From positions 62,001 through 126,000 of the IMG/VR virus record IMGVR_UViG_3300030104_006589: a DNA stretch of 64,000 nucleotides; one strand, 5' to 3'. A program made the translations under genes and the position numbers. The notes under the pieces are model-generated. The model searched no databases, was not told where the DNA came from, and worked only from the letters and a program-made list of their open reading frames with translations. Positions 1-10,298 of the stretch are shown here, one piece after another (within the stretch, counting starts at the first letter, position 1; the number at the start of each line of letters is the position of its first letter). This stretch comes from an uncultured virus (IMG/VR IMGVR_UViG_3300030104_006589). Its lineage: Duplodnaviria > Heunggongvirae > Uroviricota > Caudoviricetes.

Positions 1-994
1 TATTTTCTGTTAGTAACTCGCAAAAATCCTCTGTTGGCTTAATCCATGCGCCTTTCTTTTCTACAAACTCCCACGCATAAAGCAAGTCTACAATTTCTTT
101 TTCAATCCAGATGGAGTTGCCTCCTGACCGATTATATCTAACGGGATAAGTTAAGCTGACATTAGATTTTTCATTAGGAGATTTGCATATCAAGACTTTT
201 GCAAAATGCCCAATGATTGGATTCTTTTTTTCGTCAATAGTTTTTAAGCTAGGATTTTGCAGAATAAGATCGGATTTGTATCTAGGCTGAAATTGAATGA
301 CGCTATTAGCGTAGTGCTGTAAAGCATATCCCCCTGTTGCTACAGACTGTCTAGGGGGTTCTTTGGAGTATTGATCTCTCATCTCTGACCTTACCTGACT
401 AATAAAAATAGCCATATGCCCCCTCTTGCCTAAAGCAATGCTGGTTTGTTTGCACCAAGTAGATGCAATGCTAGCTCCTGCGGCTATTTTGGCAAACTCA
501 TCAAAACCTTTAGATGCATCATTTTTAGCAACTAAGCCATCTACAGAATCTAATATAAAACAATATTTATGTTTATTCTTTTCATTGTCAATGAGTTGCT
601 TGATGCAAGTCATTGCTGTTTCGTAGATATTTGTTTCCAAAACAAAACAAGTGCCATCTACCCACTCATCTGCTGACCACACAAATTTGACCCCAGACCT
701 TTCCCTTACTTCTTTACCTAATCTGCCTTCAGCTTTGATATATAAGCCTCTAGGTTTCTCTATTGTATTTAGAAAGTTCTTCATAACCTCTAAAGCCTCA
801 GAGGTTTTTCCACCTTCTGTCAAACCAGTAAAACGATGTAACCCAGGTCCAAACCCTCCATTCATGCATAGATCAAATTGAAGAGAGCCGCTAGAAACTT
901 TGTAATCGCACTCGTCTTCAAAGTTGTAATGATCGCTTTTGTTCGATTTCAAGAAATTACCTAGAATATCGTTTGGGTCTGGTCCTTCACTCAT
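1..994 (-). CDS. RecA/UvsX-like recombinase (partial, runs off the left edge)
   Basis: Manually translated from ATG at 994: MSEGPDPNDILG...SSGSLQFDLCMNGGFGPGLHRFTGLTEGGKTSEAL (Walker A), FILDSVDGL (Walker B), FISQVR, TGGYALQHYA, typical RecA-fold motifs. Not in the ORF track because it is truncated. Confidence 0.85.
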   Translation of the reverse strand, partial: MSEGPDPNDILGNFLKSNKSDHYNFEDECDYKVSSGSLQFDLCMNGGFGPGLHRFTGLTEGGKTSEALEVMKNFLNTIEKPRGLYIKAEGRLGKEVRERSGVKFVWSADEWVDGTCFVLETNIYETAMTCIKQLIDNEKNKHKYCFILDSVDGLVAKNDASKGFDEFAKIAAGASIASTWCKQTSIALGKRGHMAIFISQVRSEMRDQYSKEPPRQSVATGGYALQHYANSVIQFQPRYKSDLILQNPSLKTIDEKKNPIIGHFAKVLICKSPNEKSNVSLTYPVRYNRSGGNSIWIEKEIVDLLYAWEFVEKKGAWIKPTEDFCELLTEN

Positions 995-1334
995 TTAAAA
1001 AATCTTTTATTGTTTTATTTTTAGGAGGGACAACCGCATCCTCTCCGAACTTTTCTCCAATATGATAAACCTCATATTTAGATAAATCAACCCTAAAGTT
1101 GAAAGCTCTGAATTTTTCATCTAGGGTGGACTTTAGTTTATCGCTCACTAGATAAGCCAGTGAATCAAACTTCTTCCCAAAGCTGACAATATTCATAAAC
1201 TCTAAAGAGTAACGCTCACATAAATCATTGAGCATTTTCATTTCCCTAGCAAAAAAGGGTCTTCTTCCTTTATCGGGAACTTCCAATAAACGAAAAATAA
1301 TCTCTCTTTTGTTTGGACCTTTAGACTTTGCCAC
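987..1334 (-). CDS. hypothetical phage protein (115 aa)
   Basis: ORF overlapping both neighbours in operon fashion. Confidence 0.7.
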   Translation of the reverse strand: MAKSKGPNKREIIFRLLEVPDKGRRPFFAREMKMLNDLCERYSLEFMNIVSFGKKFDSLAYLVSDKLKSTLDEKFRAFNFRVDLSKYEVYHIGEKFGEDAVVPPKNKTIKDFLNE

Positions 1335-2380
1335 TAGGGATACATAACAGGTCCAGCATCCCTGTCAACCATTTTTTTCACAAGCTGTATAAAGTCACAA
1401 GTAGGTTCCCACCCTAATTCTTCGCGAGCTTTTGTTGAATCTCCCCACAATAAATCTACTTCCGCTGGTCTATAAAAATCTTTATTAATTTCCACAAGAC
1501 AATCCTTTCCGTGAAAATATTTTTCATCAATTCCCTCCCCTCTCCACTCAGACACAGATCGGTGAAAACCAACCAAATTAAATGCTTCTACTACAAACTC
1601 TCTAATTGTATGTGTTTCATTAGAGGATAGCACATAATCTTTCTCTTTTCCTCTCTCTTGGTTTAGCATAAGCCAAACCCCCTTTATGAAATCTTCTGCA
1701 TCGCTCCAATCTCTTTTTGCATCTAGATTTCCCAATTGCAGAGGCTTAATGACTCTGCCTGTTTCAAACTCTTGGAGAATTCTGGCTACATTTTTTGTTA
1801 TCTTTCTAGTAACAAACTCTTCACCTCTACGGACTCCTTCATGATTAAAAAGCCAACCCTGCACTGCATAGAGGTCGTATGAGTCTCTGTATACCTTAAT
1901 TAAGTGACGAGCGGAGCATTTAGAAGCTCCATATGGGCTTCTGGGGCGCAGTGGGTGCTCTTCGTTCTGTGGGGCAAAGACTACATCTCCAAACTCTTCA
2001 GAGCTTCCTGCGTTGTAATAACGGCAATGTGGGGCATGACGACGAATTGCTTCTAGTTGGTGTAATACAGCCATGCAGTTGGTTTGCATGTGGTTGAAGG
2101 GCATATCCCAACTACTACCCACAAAAGAATTGGCTGCAAAATTTATAAAATAATCAGGTTTGTGTTTGGCTATAACTTTTTCTGTATTTTGCGGATCAGA
2201 AACATCTAAATCAATAAGAAAAAACCTATCGACATTTTTTAAGTGTTTGATGTTATCGTGATTCTCTACACTCAACCTGCGAACACCCCCAATAATTGTA
2301 TGCTCTGTATTTTTAAGCAGATAGTCCACCATGTGGCTCCCGTCTTGTCCTGTAACGCCTGTAACGATTATTTTTTTCAT
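1334..2380 (-). CDS. gmd: GDP-mannose 4,6-dehydratase
   Basis: GVTGQDGSH, AANSFVGSSW, SSEEFG, PRSPYGASK, LFNHEG..RGEEFVTRKIT, LGNLDAKRDW, FYRPAEVDLL. Confidence 0.95.
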   Translation of the reverse strand: MKKIIVTGVTGQDGSHMVDYLLKNTEHTIIGGVRRLSVENHDNIKHLKNVDRFFLIDLDVSDPQNTEKVIAKHKPDYFINFAANSFVGSSWDMPFNHMQTNCMAVLHQLEAIRRHAPHCRYYNAGSSEEFGDVVFAPQNEEHPLRPRSPYGASKCSARHLIKVYRDSYDLYAVQGWLFNHEGVRRGEEFVTRKITKNVARILQEFETGRVIKPLQLGNLDAKRDWSDAEDFIKGVWLMLNQERGKEKDYVLSSNETHTIREFVVEAFNLVGFHRSVSEWRGEGIDEKYFHGKDCLVEINKDFYRPAEVDLLWGDSTKAREELGWEPTCDFIQLVKKMVDRDAGPVMYP

Positions 2381-3225
2381 TTATTTTTAATCCAATCTTC
2401 TAAATTGTTTTTTGCTTGCCAGCCCAAATGTTTTTTAGCTAATTCAGCATTGCATTCGACGCTTTGAGCTTCTCCTTTTTTGTCTTCAAGGTAAGTTATA
2501 CCAAATGATGGTTTATAAAGTTTTGCCGCTTCATTTAGAGAAAACTTTCTGCCCCTTCCTAATTCAAAAATTATTCCATAGCTCTGGGTTTCCCATATTT
2601 TAATCAACCCTGCCACTATATCATCGACATGGGTGAAATCTCTCTCCTTGCTTCCATCACCGTAAATAGTTAAAGGTTTTTTCTCTCTATGAGCCTTATC
2701 CCACCTTGCTATTACAGTAGCATATTCTCCATCCTCTATGTGGTTGGGGCCATAAACATTATAGAACCTCGCTATACTTTGTTTTAAACCATAAATTTTA
2801 TCAAATAGCATACAAAGCTCTTCTGAAGAGTCTTTAGTGAATGTATAAGGGTTTTTAAACTTGCCGCTGTGGTGAGAGGATGAACCAGAAAAGATTACAG
2901 GGATTCCAAAAGCAGAACAAAGCTGACAAATGTTAAATGTTCCAACTACATTTGAATCAAAGTATTTTTTAGGGTTATGAAATGATGGTTGTATACGAGC
3001 AAGTGCAGCTAAATGAAAAACCACACTAGATCCTTGTATCAGGTTTTCTAATGCATCATAATTAGAAATATCTGCTTCAACATACTCTGCTCCTTTGACA
3101 TGATTTGTTACAAGCCCTGTGGAGTAGTTATCAATAGAAGTAACATCATACCCCAAAGAAACTAATTTTTTACATAAATTATAGCCTATAAAACCAGCGC
3201 CTCCTGTAACAATAGCTTTTTTCAT
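2377..3225 (-). CDS. NAD-dependent nucleotide-sugar epimerase/dehydratase (extended SDR)
   Basis: TGGAGFIG, FHLAA, YxxxK (YTFTK), RFYNVYGP, IYGDGSKERDFTHVDD. Confidence 0.9.
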   Translation of the reverse strand: MKKAIVTGGAGFIGYNLCKKLVSLGYDVTSIDNYSTGLVTNHVKGAEYVEADISNYDALENLIQGSSVVFHLAALARIQPSFHNPKKYFDSNVVGTFNICQLCSAFGIPVIFSGSSSHHSGKFKNPYTFTKDSSEELCMLFDKIYGLKQSIARFYNVYGPNHIEDGEYATVIARWDKAHREKKPLTIYGDGSKERDFTHVDDIVAGLIKIWETQSYGIIFELGRGRKFSLNEAAKLYKPSFGITYLEDKKGEAQSVECNAELAKKHLGWQAKNNLEDWIKNK

Positions 3226-4133
3226 GAATTAATATACCAACTGTATGTTTTCTCCAGACCTTCTTTTAGAGAGGTTTTTGCTTTAAAATTAAATTCTTTT
3301 TCTGCTTTAGAGGTATCTAGGCATCTGCGTGGTTGGCCATTTGGTTTGCTTTTATCGTAAATAATATGACCCTCATAACCTACAAGTTCTGCCACTTTAG
3401 TCGTGAGGTCTTTAATTGTTATCTCTGAACCAGTTCCAATATTGACGGGTTCCGATGAATTATAATTAAGTAAAGCTTTTTCAATGGCTTCGGCACAATC
3501 ACCTGCATAAAGAAACTCTCTAGAAGCAGAACCATCTCCCCACACAGTGACGCTTCCTAAGCGGCTAGTTTTAGCGTTGTGAAATTTTCTTATTAGTGCA
3601 GGTATAACATGTGAGCTTTCAGGATCAAAATTATCATATTCTCCATACATATTAACGGGAATTAAATGAACGAAATTACTTCCATACTGCTCTTTATAAG
3701 CCTGACAACCCACTAACAGGCTTTTTTTTGCAATTCCGTAAGGAGCGTTTGTCTCTTCGGGGTAACCATTCCAAATATTCTCTTCTTTAAATGGAACCTC
3801 AGTAAACTTAGGATAAGAACAAACACTGCCCAGCGTAATTAGTTTATCTATTTCATGGTGATGAGACATAGATAAAACGTTTAAACTCATTAGAGAGTTC
3901 TGAAGGAAAAAGTCTGCTGGAGATTTTTGATTGGCTCCAATGCCTCCACATACAGCCGCAAGATGAATAATTGCATCGGGTTTAAATTTAGAAAGATAAT
4001 TGTGAAGGTCTACTACATCTAGCACGTTTAACTCAGAACTACTTGGAGTCATCAGTTCGTAGTCGTCTTTTAATCTTTCTGTTAAATGTTGACCCAGAAA
4101 ACCTTTAGAGCCTGTAATAAGTATTTTTTTCAT
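3222..4133 (-). CDS. fcl: GDP-L-fucose synthase
   Basis: HLAAVCGGIGAN, LGSVCSYPK, PEETNAPYGIAKK, PVNMYGEYDNF, SHVIPALIRKF, WGDGSASREFLY, KPNGQPRRCLD. Confidence 0.93.
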   Translation of the reverse strand: MKKILITGSKGFLGQHLTERLKDDYELMTPSSSELNVLDVVDLHNYLSKFKPDAIIHLAAVCGGIGANQKSPADFFLQNSLMSLNVLSMSHHHEIDKLITLGSVCSYPKFTEVPFKEENIWNGYPEETNAPYGIAKKSLLVGCQAYKEQYGSNFVHLIPVNMYGEYDNFDPESSHVIPALIRKFHNAKTSRLGSVTVWGDGSASREFLYAGDCAEAIEKALLNYNSSEPVNIGTGSEITIKDLTTKVAELVGYEGHIIYDKSKPNGQPRRCLDTSKAEKEFNFKAKTSLKEGLEKTYSWYINS

Positions 4134-4144
4134 TTTATTTTAAT

Positions 4145-5107
4145 TTAAATTTTAGAGAGAAAGACCTCATTGAATTTTTGCATAACTTTTTCGGGCGTAA
4201 AATTGGCATACGCATTCCAGTCTTCGTTTGGTTTTTTTTCAAAACTTTTCATAATTTCTAAAACCGTTTCTTCATCCTCGTAATATATACCTTTTTCTCC
4301 AAGGGTGCTAATGTGGTTTCTTTCGGGAGAATTTTTAAAGGTTATAACGGGTTTATTGCAAAAAGAATATTCTGCACAAGCCATTCCAAAAGACTCTCCT
4401 ATGGTGCGAGCGTGGATCATTGCATCCGCTGTATTTATAAATTTTCTTTTAGTATCTAAGTCGGCAAAGGGTTCAACAAAAATAACTCTCTCATGACTAA
4501 TGAATGGGGGTGTTTGAGCGAAAACAAAATAAACATCTTCTCTCAAACTTAGAAGCTTAATAATTGCACTATTTACAAAAGGAATGTCCCAACCATAAAA
4601 ACCCCCTAAACGAGAAAAGACAGTGGCAGAACTAGGGATTTTTAAGGCATCTCTATAATCTTCGGAATTCTCAGGAAGATGAACTATATAGGGGACAAAT
4701 GGATGCTCCCCATTAGAGGAGTGGCTAGAAAGCCACTCAGAAACATAAGCATACACGCTTCCATGAGGGTCGTTTTCACACCCTACTACATGCGTAAGCA
4801 TTGGAATATTTTTTACCAAACGACCATCATCTTTTTTTCCACATTTTTGAATATAAACTGCGTCAGCTTTAATTTTCTGAAGAACATTTTCTAAAGCAGC
4901 CATGTCTTGACTCCCATCTAATTCAATCACCTCCATGGAATTTTTGAATTTTTGCATAGCTAAAGGGTGAGTCCCTTTGTGTCCTTTATCGCAAATCATA
5001 TATGATTTGTTTCCGAGAATGACTTGATTGAAGTGGGCGTAATCATAATTGCTTACGCCTGTTCCTTGAATGTCAAGGTGGGGCTGATAGAAAGCTATTT
5101 TTTTCAT
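4145..5107 (-). CDS. glycosyltransferase (GT-B fold, GT4-like)
   Basis: C-terminal HARTIGESFGMACAEYSFCNKPVIT (ExFG...E motif). Confidence 0.75.
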   Translation of the reverse strand: MKKIAFYQPHLDIQGTGVSNYDYAHFNQVILGNKSYMICDKGHKGTHPLAMQKFKNSMEVIELDGSQDMAALENVLQKIKADAVYIQKCGKKDDGRLVKNIPMLTHVVGCENDPHGSVYAYVSEWLSSHSSNGEHPFVPYIVHLPENSEDYRDALKIPSSATVFSRLGGFYGWDIPFVNSAIIKLLSLREDVYFVFAQTPPFISHERVIFVEPFADLDTKRKFINTADAMIHARTIGESFGMACAEYSFCNKPVITFKNSPERNHISTLGEKGIYYEDEETVLEIMKSFEKKPNEDWNAYANFTPEKVMQKFNEVFLSKI

Positions 5108-5129
5108 TTATTAATTAGATTTAAGATTA

Positions 5130-5816
5130 CTAGCCCCACGAATCAAACGTAAAGGGATCTCCTTCGGCATCAGTAGAATTCTCAAACCATTTAAAATTTT
5201 GGTTTTCAATGGGCCAGTTTAGTTTGTCTAGTCCTTGAAATTCTAGATTCAAAAATTTCCCCATTTCAGGAATACAAAGTTCGGGGCGAGTGGTTATTTC
5301 TTCATAGCTAAACATATACCACGGATATCCCTGAGTGGGAACGTTTTGATAAAAATATGACATACCTTTTTTTATCATCTGAAGGTGAGTATCTATTGAA
5401 TCAGGAGGGCCATGAGAGGCATCCCCTGACCGCGAGTATTGCTGTAAGCGCGATTTGGTTACTGCCATCCAACTCCTAGTGATCCCCACAAAAACGGGTA
5501 AATAGTCTCTTTTTTTTAGAAATTCTATTAAGCACGGAATGTCAATCATTCTATCTTGATCCTTCATCCACTTGGGTTGGTGATTTGGAAAAAGCCCTGA
5601 AGGTAAAGACCACCTCATCATTATTAAATCTTTATCTAAATCACAAACCGATCCATCAGACACCTTCCCTTCAAGATTAAAACATTTTAAAAAAATTTCC
5701 GCCAAAAGCTTTGTTCCGCTTATTTCTGGCCCCAAAACTATATAAGCCCTCCTTTTCTGGTTTAGGATGGAGTGGGTGTTTTTTACGAAGGAGGGGGGTA
5801 AAACATTATCTGTCAT
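5130..5816 (-). CDS. putative sulfotransferase-like P-loop protein
   Basis: N-terminal VLGPEISGTKLL (PAPS-loop-like), later ITRSW and SYEEI...PE motifs; lies in the glycan operon. Confidence 0.5.
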   Translation of the reverse strand: MTDNVLPPSFVKNTHSILNQKRRAYIVLGPEISGTKLLAEIFLKCFNLEGKVSDGSVCDLDKDLIMMRWSLPSGLFPNHQPKWMKDQDRMIDIPCLIEFLKKRDYLPVFVGITRSWMAVTKSRLQQYSRSGDASHGPPDSIDTHLQMIKKGMSYFYQNVPTQGYPWYMFSYEEITTRPELCIPEMGKFLNLEFQGLDKLNWPIENQNFKWFENSTDAEGDPFTFDSWG

Positions 5817-5846
5817 CGGTTAATTATATATATGCCAAACGTTTTT

Positions 5847-6569
5847 TCAAAACACTCCTCCGTGGGTTTGACGATGGTTATCATCATTTAAAGTGGTTGT
5901 ATAAGTTCCGTTTTCTGAACCTTGCACCACCAAGGGAGGTTCCCACCAATAGGTTTTAATGTCATGCTGATGAAGCTGACAAGCAAGCTCCCAATCACTA
6001 ATGGTATTAAATGGCTTCATTGTCGAAATAATTTTCTGCGCCTCCTCTTTTCTTAAAATATATGAATCCCCTCCTCGCGATGCGGGGTGAGTTACGGGAT
6101 ATGAATGTATTCCTTGTCGGAGCAAATGTTGTGGAACCCGCAAATTAGCGCAGCAACCCATAAAGATTGCACCCCAATCATCAGGCGTTTGAGATAAAAA
6201 ATAATTAAATTTCTCAGGAAAGTTTTCCACAAAGAAAACATCGTCTTCTAAAATAAGACCATAATTTGAACAGTTTTCTGCTATCTTCTTAATGCCTAAA
6301 TAGTGTTTGATGGTGCAAGATATCTCTGCTAAGTTGAGTTTTCTAAAGGGATTTTGTTCTGCACCCCAGAGAGGGTCAATTTTTGAGTTATATACCTCTT
6401 CGTTGGCATCATACCATTCATCTATAACTTCTTCAGAAAGATCTTCTTGGTCAAAAGCTGTTACTAATTCATAATCTATCCCAAAATGATTGAGAGATTT
6501 TTCTATGTTTTCTCTTCTCTCTTTGAGTTTTGTATAATGTAGCACATAAACCTTATCGACATTTATCAT
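5847..6569 (-). CDS. glycosyltransferase family 25
   Basis: KVYVLH...ERR, EISCTIKH, LILEDD, SYIL...A. Confidence 0.85.
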   Translation of the reverse strand: MINVDKVYVLHYTKLKERRENIEKSLNHFGIDYELVTAFDQEDLSEEVIDEWYDANEEVYNSKIDPLWGAEQNPFRKLNLAEISCTIKHYLGIKKIAENCSNYGLILEDDVFFVENFPEKFNYFLSQTPDDWGAIFMGCCANLRVPQHLLRQGIHSYPVTHPASRGGDSYILRKEEAQKIISTMKPFNTISDWELACQLHQHDIKTYWWEPPLVVQGSENGTYTTTLNDDNHRQTHGGVF

Positions 6570-7483
6570 TTTAAAATAGTGTTGTAAAAAAAGTTCAAAA
6601 CAGAATCGGGGTGAAATTCTTTTTTTATTTTACCCTCTTTAAATAAGGGTTCTTGAAAATAATCTTTATATAATTTTTCATCTTGGTCCACCTCCTTTAC
6701 CCTCTGTAGCAACTGTTCAAGTGAGTCAAAATTATTTAAATTTAAAAAAGCCTTCTCGTTAAAATCGTGGGAAAATTGCTCATCAGAATAATAAATCGGT
6801 ATAGTCCCAGAAGTTTTAGCGTGGAAAGGTTTTTCTGTATAATAACCTCGCCGCTTTCTATTTTCAAAACAGATGGAAAAACGATAATTTTTTAAGTTAT
6901 TATATTTAATGGATTCCCCGTAAGACCAATTATTAAAAGGTTTGCCGTATCCGTCTACTTGTTTATATAAGGAAAACAGATTATAGGTTTCTATTCTTTT
7001 TTGTGTGGGGTTACTAAACACGAACGCGCAAAACTTATCTTTAGGGTGAGAGATAAATTCATTACTTTCTATCTTTGAGGGGGGAAGGATAAATTCTGGG
7101 TTACCATAACCACCTTTACCAAACCAATCAATGTGAAGAACCCAGAGAGGTAATCTATAATGGCGCGGATCTTCTGAAAAATCAAAGGTAAAAGCAAAGT
7201 CGCACTTGCCTATGCTATAGTGCGCTTGGTGATTAGTCATTCTTATAGACTCATCGGAATCAAAATTAGCAGAAACGCTTTCTCCCGTAAAGAAAATCTT
7301 TTTGCAGCGGTGGTTTTTATATTTTTCTCTTTCTCCTATATTAGAATAATCTACCGAAAAAAACAGAAGGTCGGGATCTTCCTCGTCTATAACCACTTCG
7401 TCATGGCTCGATAATAAGTGATAAAAATAATTATTTTTTTTGTCAAAATCAAACCAATAGTCTACAAAATTTACTTTTATCAT
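6566..7483 (-). CDS. alpha-1,3/1,4-fucosyltransferase (GT10)
   Basis: KIFFTGE, KFCAFVFSN, YRFSICFEN...GYYTEKPFHA...TIPIY (GT10 motif). Confidence 0.88.
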   Translation of the reverse strand: MIKVNFVDYWFDFDKKNNYFYHLLSSHDEVVIDEEDPDLLFFSVDYSNIGEREKYKNHRCKKIFFTGESVSANFDSDESIRMTNHQAHYSIGKCDFAFTFDFSEDPRHYRLPLWVLHIDWFGKGGYGNPEFILPPSKIESNEFISHPKDKFCAFVFSNPTQKRIETYNLFSLYKQVDGYGKPFNNWSYGESIKYNNLKNYRFSICFENRKRRGYYTEKPFHAKTSGTIPIYYSDEQFSHDFNEKAFLNLNNFDSLEQLLQRVKEVDQDEKLYKDYFQEPLFKEGKIKKEFHPDSVLNFFYNTILK

Positions 7484-8295
7484 AACACATATTTCTTTTC
7501 TTTTAATTCATAAATGTCTTTTTCAAAGTAAGGATAAAACATATAACTCTTTCCCTTGAATTTATCAACTTTAGCAGCTTGCTTATTACTTTCGGTCCAT
7601 GGGTGTAGTTGACTTGGGTGGTAATATTTTTCTTCTATAATAGAGCTTGCTATATTGATATCTAAAGAAGGGTCTGGAAATGTTTCAGAATAAAAACTAT
7701 TAGATACTAGATAACTTGTTGCAGTCATTGGGTCAGGATGCAATGAGTTGTGCATTCTTTTATGCACGGGATCGTTGATGGTGGAACCCTCCCAGTTAAA
7801 CATTAATTGCCTATAAAAATAATCACTAGCTTGTAAGCCAAAAATAAATCTTTCGTCCCATATTCCAACCTTTTTTACTGCCTCAACTGTATAACTACAT
7901 AAAGCGTCTCCATGACCATTTTGAACAAAGTCAAAATTACAGTGCAAGTCTTTGAGCTTTGAATACCAGTCGGGTTGAAGTAGAACGTCATCCTGTAAGG
8001 TAATAACGAGATCAGATGACGGATCAGTCAGGCTCTCAAATCCTAATATTAGAGCCTGATTCCAGTTTCTACCAATATGTCCTGTAGAGAAATCTGGGCG
8101 CAAAACATTATTTAACAAAGTAACCTTGTCTTTGAATTCTCCATCTATGTGTATATTGCTATGATTATTAATTATAAAAATTTCACAATCTCCATTATTA
8201 ATAAAAGGTTTAGCATCGCTTTCGAAAAGACCGCGAAGAGTTATATTTAATAGATTAGCTCTATTGTAAGTAAGTATATATATTTTACTCTTCAT
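7480..8295 (-). CDS. glycosyltransferase (GT-A fold, GT2-like)
   Basis: YILTYNR, LQDD (DxD-like), KVGIWDERF. Confidence 0.75.
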   Translation of the reverse strand: MKSKIYILTYNRANLLNITLRGLFESDAKPFINNGDCEIFIINNHSNIHIDGEFKDKVTLLNNVLRPDFSTGHIGRNWNQALILGFESLTDPSSDLVITLQDDVLLQPDWYSKLKDLHCNFDFVQNGHGDALCSYTVEAVKKVGIWDERFIFGLQASDYFYRQLMFNWEGSTINDPVHKRMHNSLHPDPMTATSYLVSNSFYSETFPDPSLDINIASSIIEEKYYHPSQLHPWTESNKQAAKVDKFKGKSYMFYPYFEKDIYELKEKKYVL

Positions 8296-9361
8296 TTAAA
8301 ATCTTTTTAATGTAGCCTTGATCTAATGTGTCTGAGCTTATTGTTAATCTAATCCAATTGTCTCTGTAATCGTGAGGAAGTTTTATTTTGTTCTTAAAGT
8401 TAAGATTGTGTTTTTTGAATATTTTAGTGGCTTCTGAGTTGTTTGATTTGTCGTTAAAGTGAATCCAATTACACCCGCCAGAGATAACATCATATCCATT
8501 TTTTTCTAACTTTTTAGCTAAAGTTTGACGCTGAAATTTTACAGCATCCGTATAGTCTTCTAATAAAGATAGGTTGTTCATTAGGGCTAAGCCAAATTTA
8601 ACAGAAGCCCCAGCAACGGGAAAACATAAGTTTAATTTATCCAGCAACGTAATATTTTTTTCAGAAGAAAATGCACAACCTAATCTCGTTCCAGCACCAC
8701 CAAAAGATTTGGAGAATGTTTGAATAACAATAAGGTTATCATGTTTCTTGACTAGCGCGGAAATAGAGTAAGCAGCATAATCAACGTATGCTTCATCTAC
8801 CAAAAGAAGTATATTTTTTTTCTTTAGAAAAATCAACAAATCCTCTAATTCGTGTCTATGTTTGAAGTCTCCAATTGGGCTATTTGGGTTTGCCAAAACA
8901 ACTAAACTAGTTTTGTCATTAACCGCTAATTTTATGTCCATTAAATCTAGCTTTGGCCCTTCAACAGAGACATATTTAACTTGATTTAAAGTGCTTCCCA
9001 CCATTTTAGCAAACACATCATACATGGGAAAACAGGGAGATGATGTTACTATATTGCTATCTTTATTAGAGGTTAGTTCAAATATTATTTTTATTAAAGA
9101 TTCTGAGCCATTACCAAGTAAAACGTTTTGTCTCTCTAGATTGTTGTGTTGTGCGAGCTTAACACATAGGAGATCATATTGACTGAGAGAGGGATAACAA
9201 ATAAAATCTTCTTGATCCAGCGAAGATAAAAATTCATTAAAAAATTTATCGGGGAAATTAACCACCCTTTCAGACATATCTAATCGCAAATTTTCTTTTC
9301 GTGTCTTGCGATAATATTTTTTCCGTTCAATTTCGGAAACATGACTGTTGTGTTTAAACAT
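8285..9361 (-). CDS. PLP-dependent aminotransferase/decarboxylase class I/II (HisC/CobD-like)
   Basis: GNGSESLI, LANPNSPIG, VDEAYVDY, TFSKSFGGAGTRLG. Confidence 0.88.
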   Translation of the reverse strand: MFKHNSHVSEIERKKYYRKTRKENLRLDMSERVVNFPDKFFNEFLSSLDQEDFICYPSLSQYDLLCVKLAQHNNLERQNVLLGNGSESLIKIIFELTSNKDSNIVTSSPCFPMYDVFAKMVGSTLNQVKYVSVEGPKLDLMDIKLAVNDKTSLVVLANPNSPIGDFKHRHELEDLLIFLKKKNILLLVDEAYVDYAAYSISALVKKHDNLIVIQTFSKSFGGAGTRLGCAFSSEKNITLLDKLNLCFPVAGASVKFGLALMNNLSLLEDYTDAVKFQRQTLAKKLEKNGYDVISGGCNWIHFNDKSNNSEATKIFKKHNLNFKNKIKLPHDYRDNWIRLTISSDTLDQGYIKKILNEE

Positions 9362-10298
9362 TTTGAACCTGTAATTCTTTTAAGATTGGGGTCAGTTCTT
9401 TATAAGAACAATTTTTACAATGTTTTGTTGGTTGATTTGTCTCACATCCTTTTTTAACGTTTTGAAAATCTTCAGAAGATCGTATCTGTTCTAAGTTATG
9501 CGTAAACAAGTTTCCAAATGATCTAGCTCCAGTATTCATGCAGCACATTAACACTCGGCCATCTACAGTGGTATAAAGACCCTCCTTAACCCAGAAACAA
9601 TCAGGGAATTCCCAACTTCCTTTCCCCATTATTTTATCGGCCCAGTTTTCTTTTAGGTAATTTAGTTGATCTCTGGAATATCCAGAAGTTTCAATGTTAT
9701 CAGAAATAGAATCATCTTCGCCCCAAAGTTGAGCTATGTTTAATCTAAGTCTTCCAAGATTGTAATCTTTTCTTAATTTGTCTACCTTTGTGATGTCTTC
9801 AATATTGTAAGCGTTCACAACATAATTAACAACTATGTCACAATTTCCCCTATCTACAGTTTGGAGATTTTCTAAAAAAGAAATTAATTTTTTCCATTTA
9901 GCTGGAGACCTGTCTCTCTCATAACTCTCTTCGTATCCGTCGATTGATAGATAAAGTTGATCTAAATTTTGGATAGCCCTCTCAAACTTATCTCTCATTT
10001 TGGAGCCTTCCTTGATGGGGTATTGGCAGTTAGTAGCTACAATCACAAAACATTCGGGAAATGTTTTTTTAAATTCTTCTGTTACTTTGTCAAATTCAGG
10101 GTGCAGAAAAGGCTCTCCCATACCCATAAGTTTACAATTTTTTAAAGGGTGATGTTTGATTTTGGAAAGAAGAATCTTCCAGTTTTCTAGGGGCATATGC
10201 TTTAGCGGGCCGATTACCTCGTTCCTATTACAAAAAGAACAATTGAGGTTACAATAATTTGTAGTCTCTAAATAAGCATATGATATTGGAGCATTCAT
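9354..10298 (-). CDS. radical SAM protein with SPASM/Twitch domain
   Basis: CNLNCSFC (CxxxCxxC), GEPFLHP, C-terminal C...DGRVLMCC...HCKNC. Confidence 0.9.
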   Translation of the reverse strand: MNAPISYAYLETTNYCNLNCSFCNRNEVIGPLKHMPLENWKILLSKIKHHPLKNCKLMGMGEPFLHPEFDKVTEEFKKTFPECFVIVATNCQYPIKEGSKMRDKFERAIQNLDQLYLSIDGYEESYERDRSPAKWKKLISFLENLQTVDRGNCDIVVNYVVNAYNIEDITKVDKLRKDYNLGRLRLNIAQLWGEDDSISDNIETSGYSRDQLNYLKENWADKIMGKGSWEFPDCFWVKEGLYTTVDGRVLMCCMNTGARSFGNLFTHNLEQIRSSEDFQNVKKGCETNQPTKHCKNCSYKELTPILKELQVQNV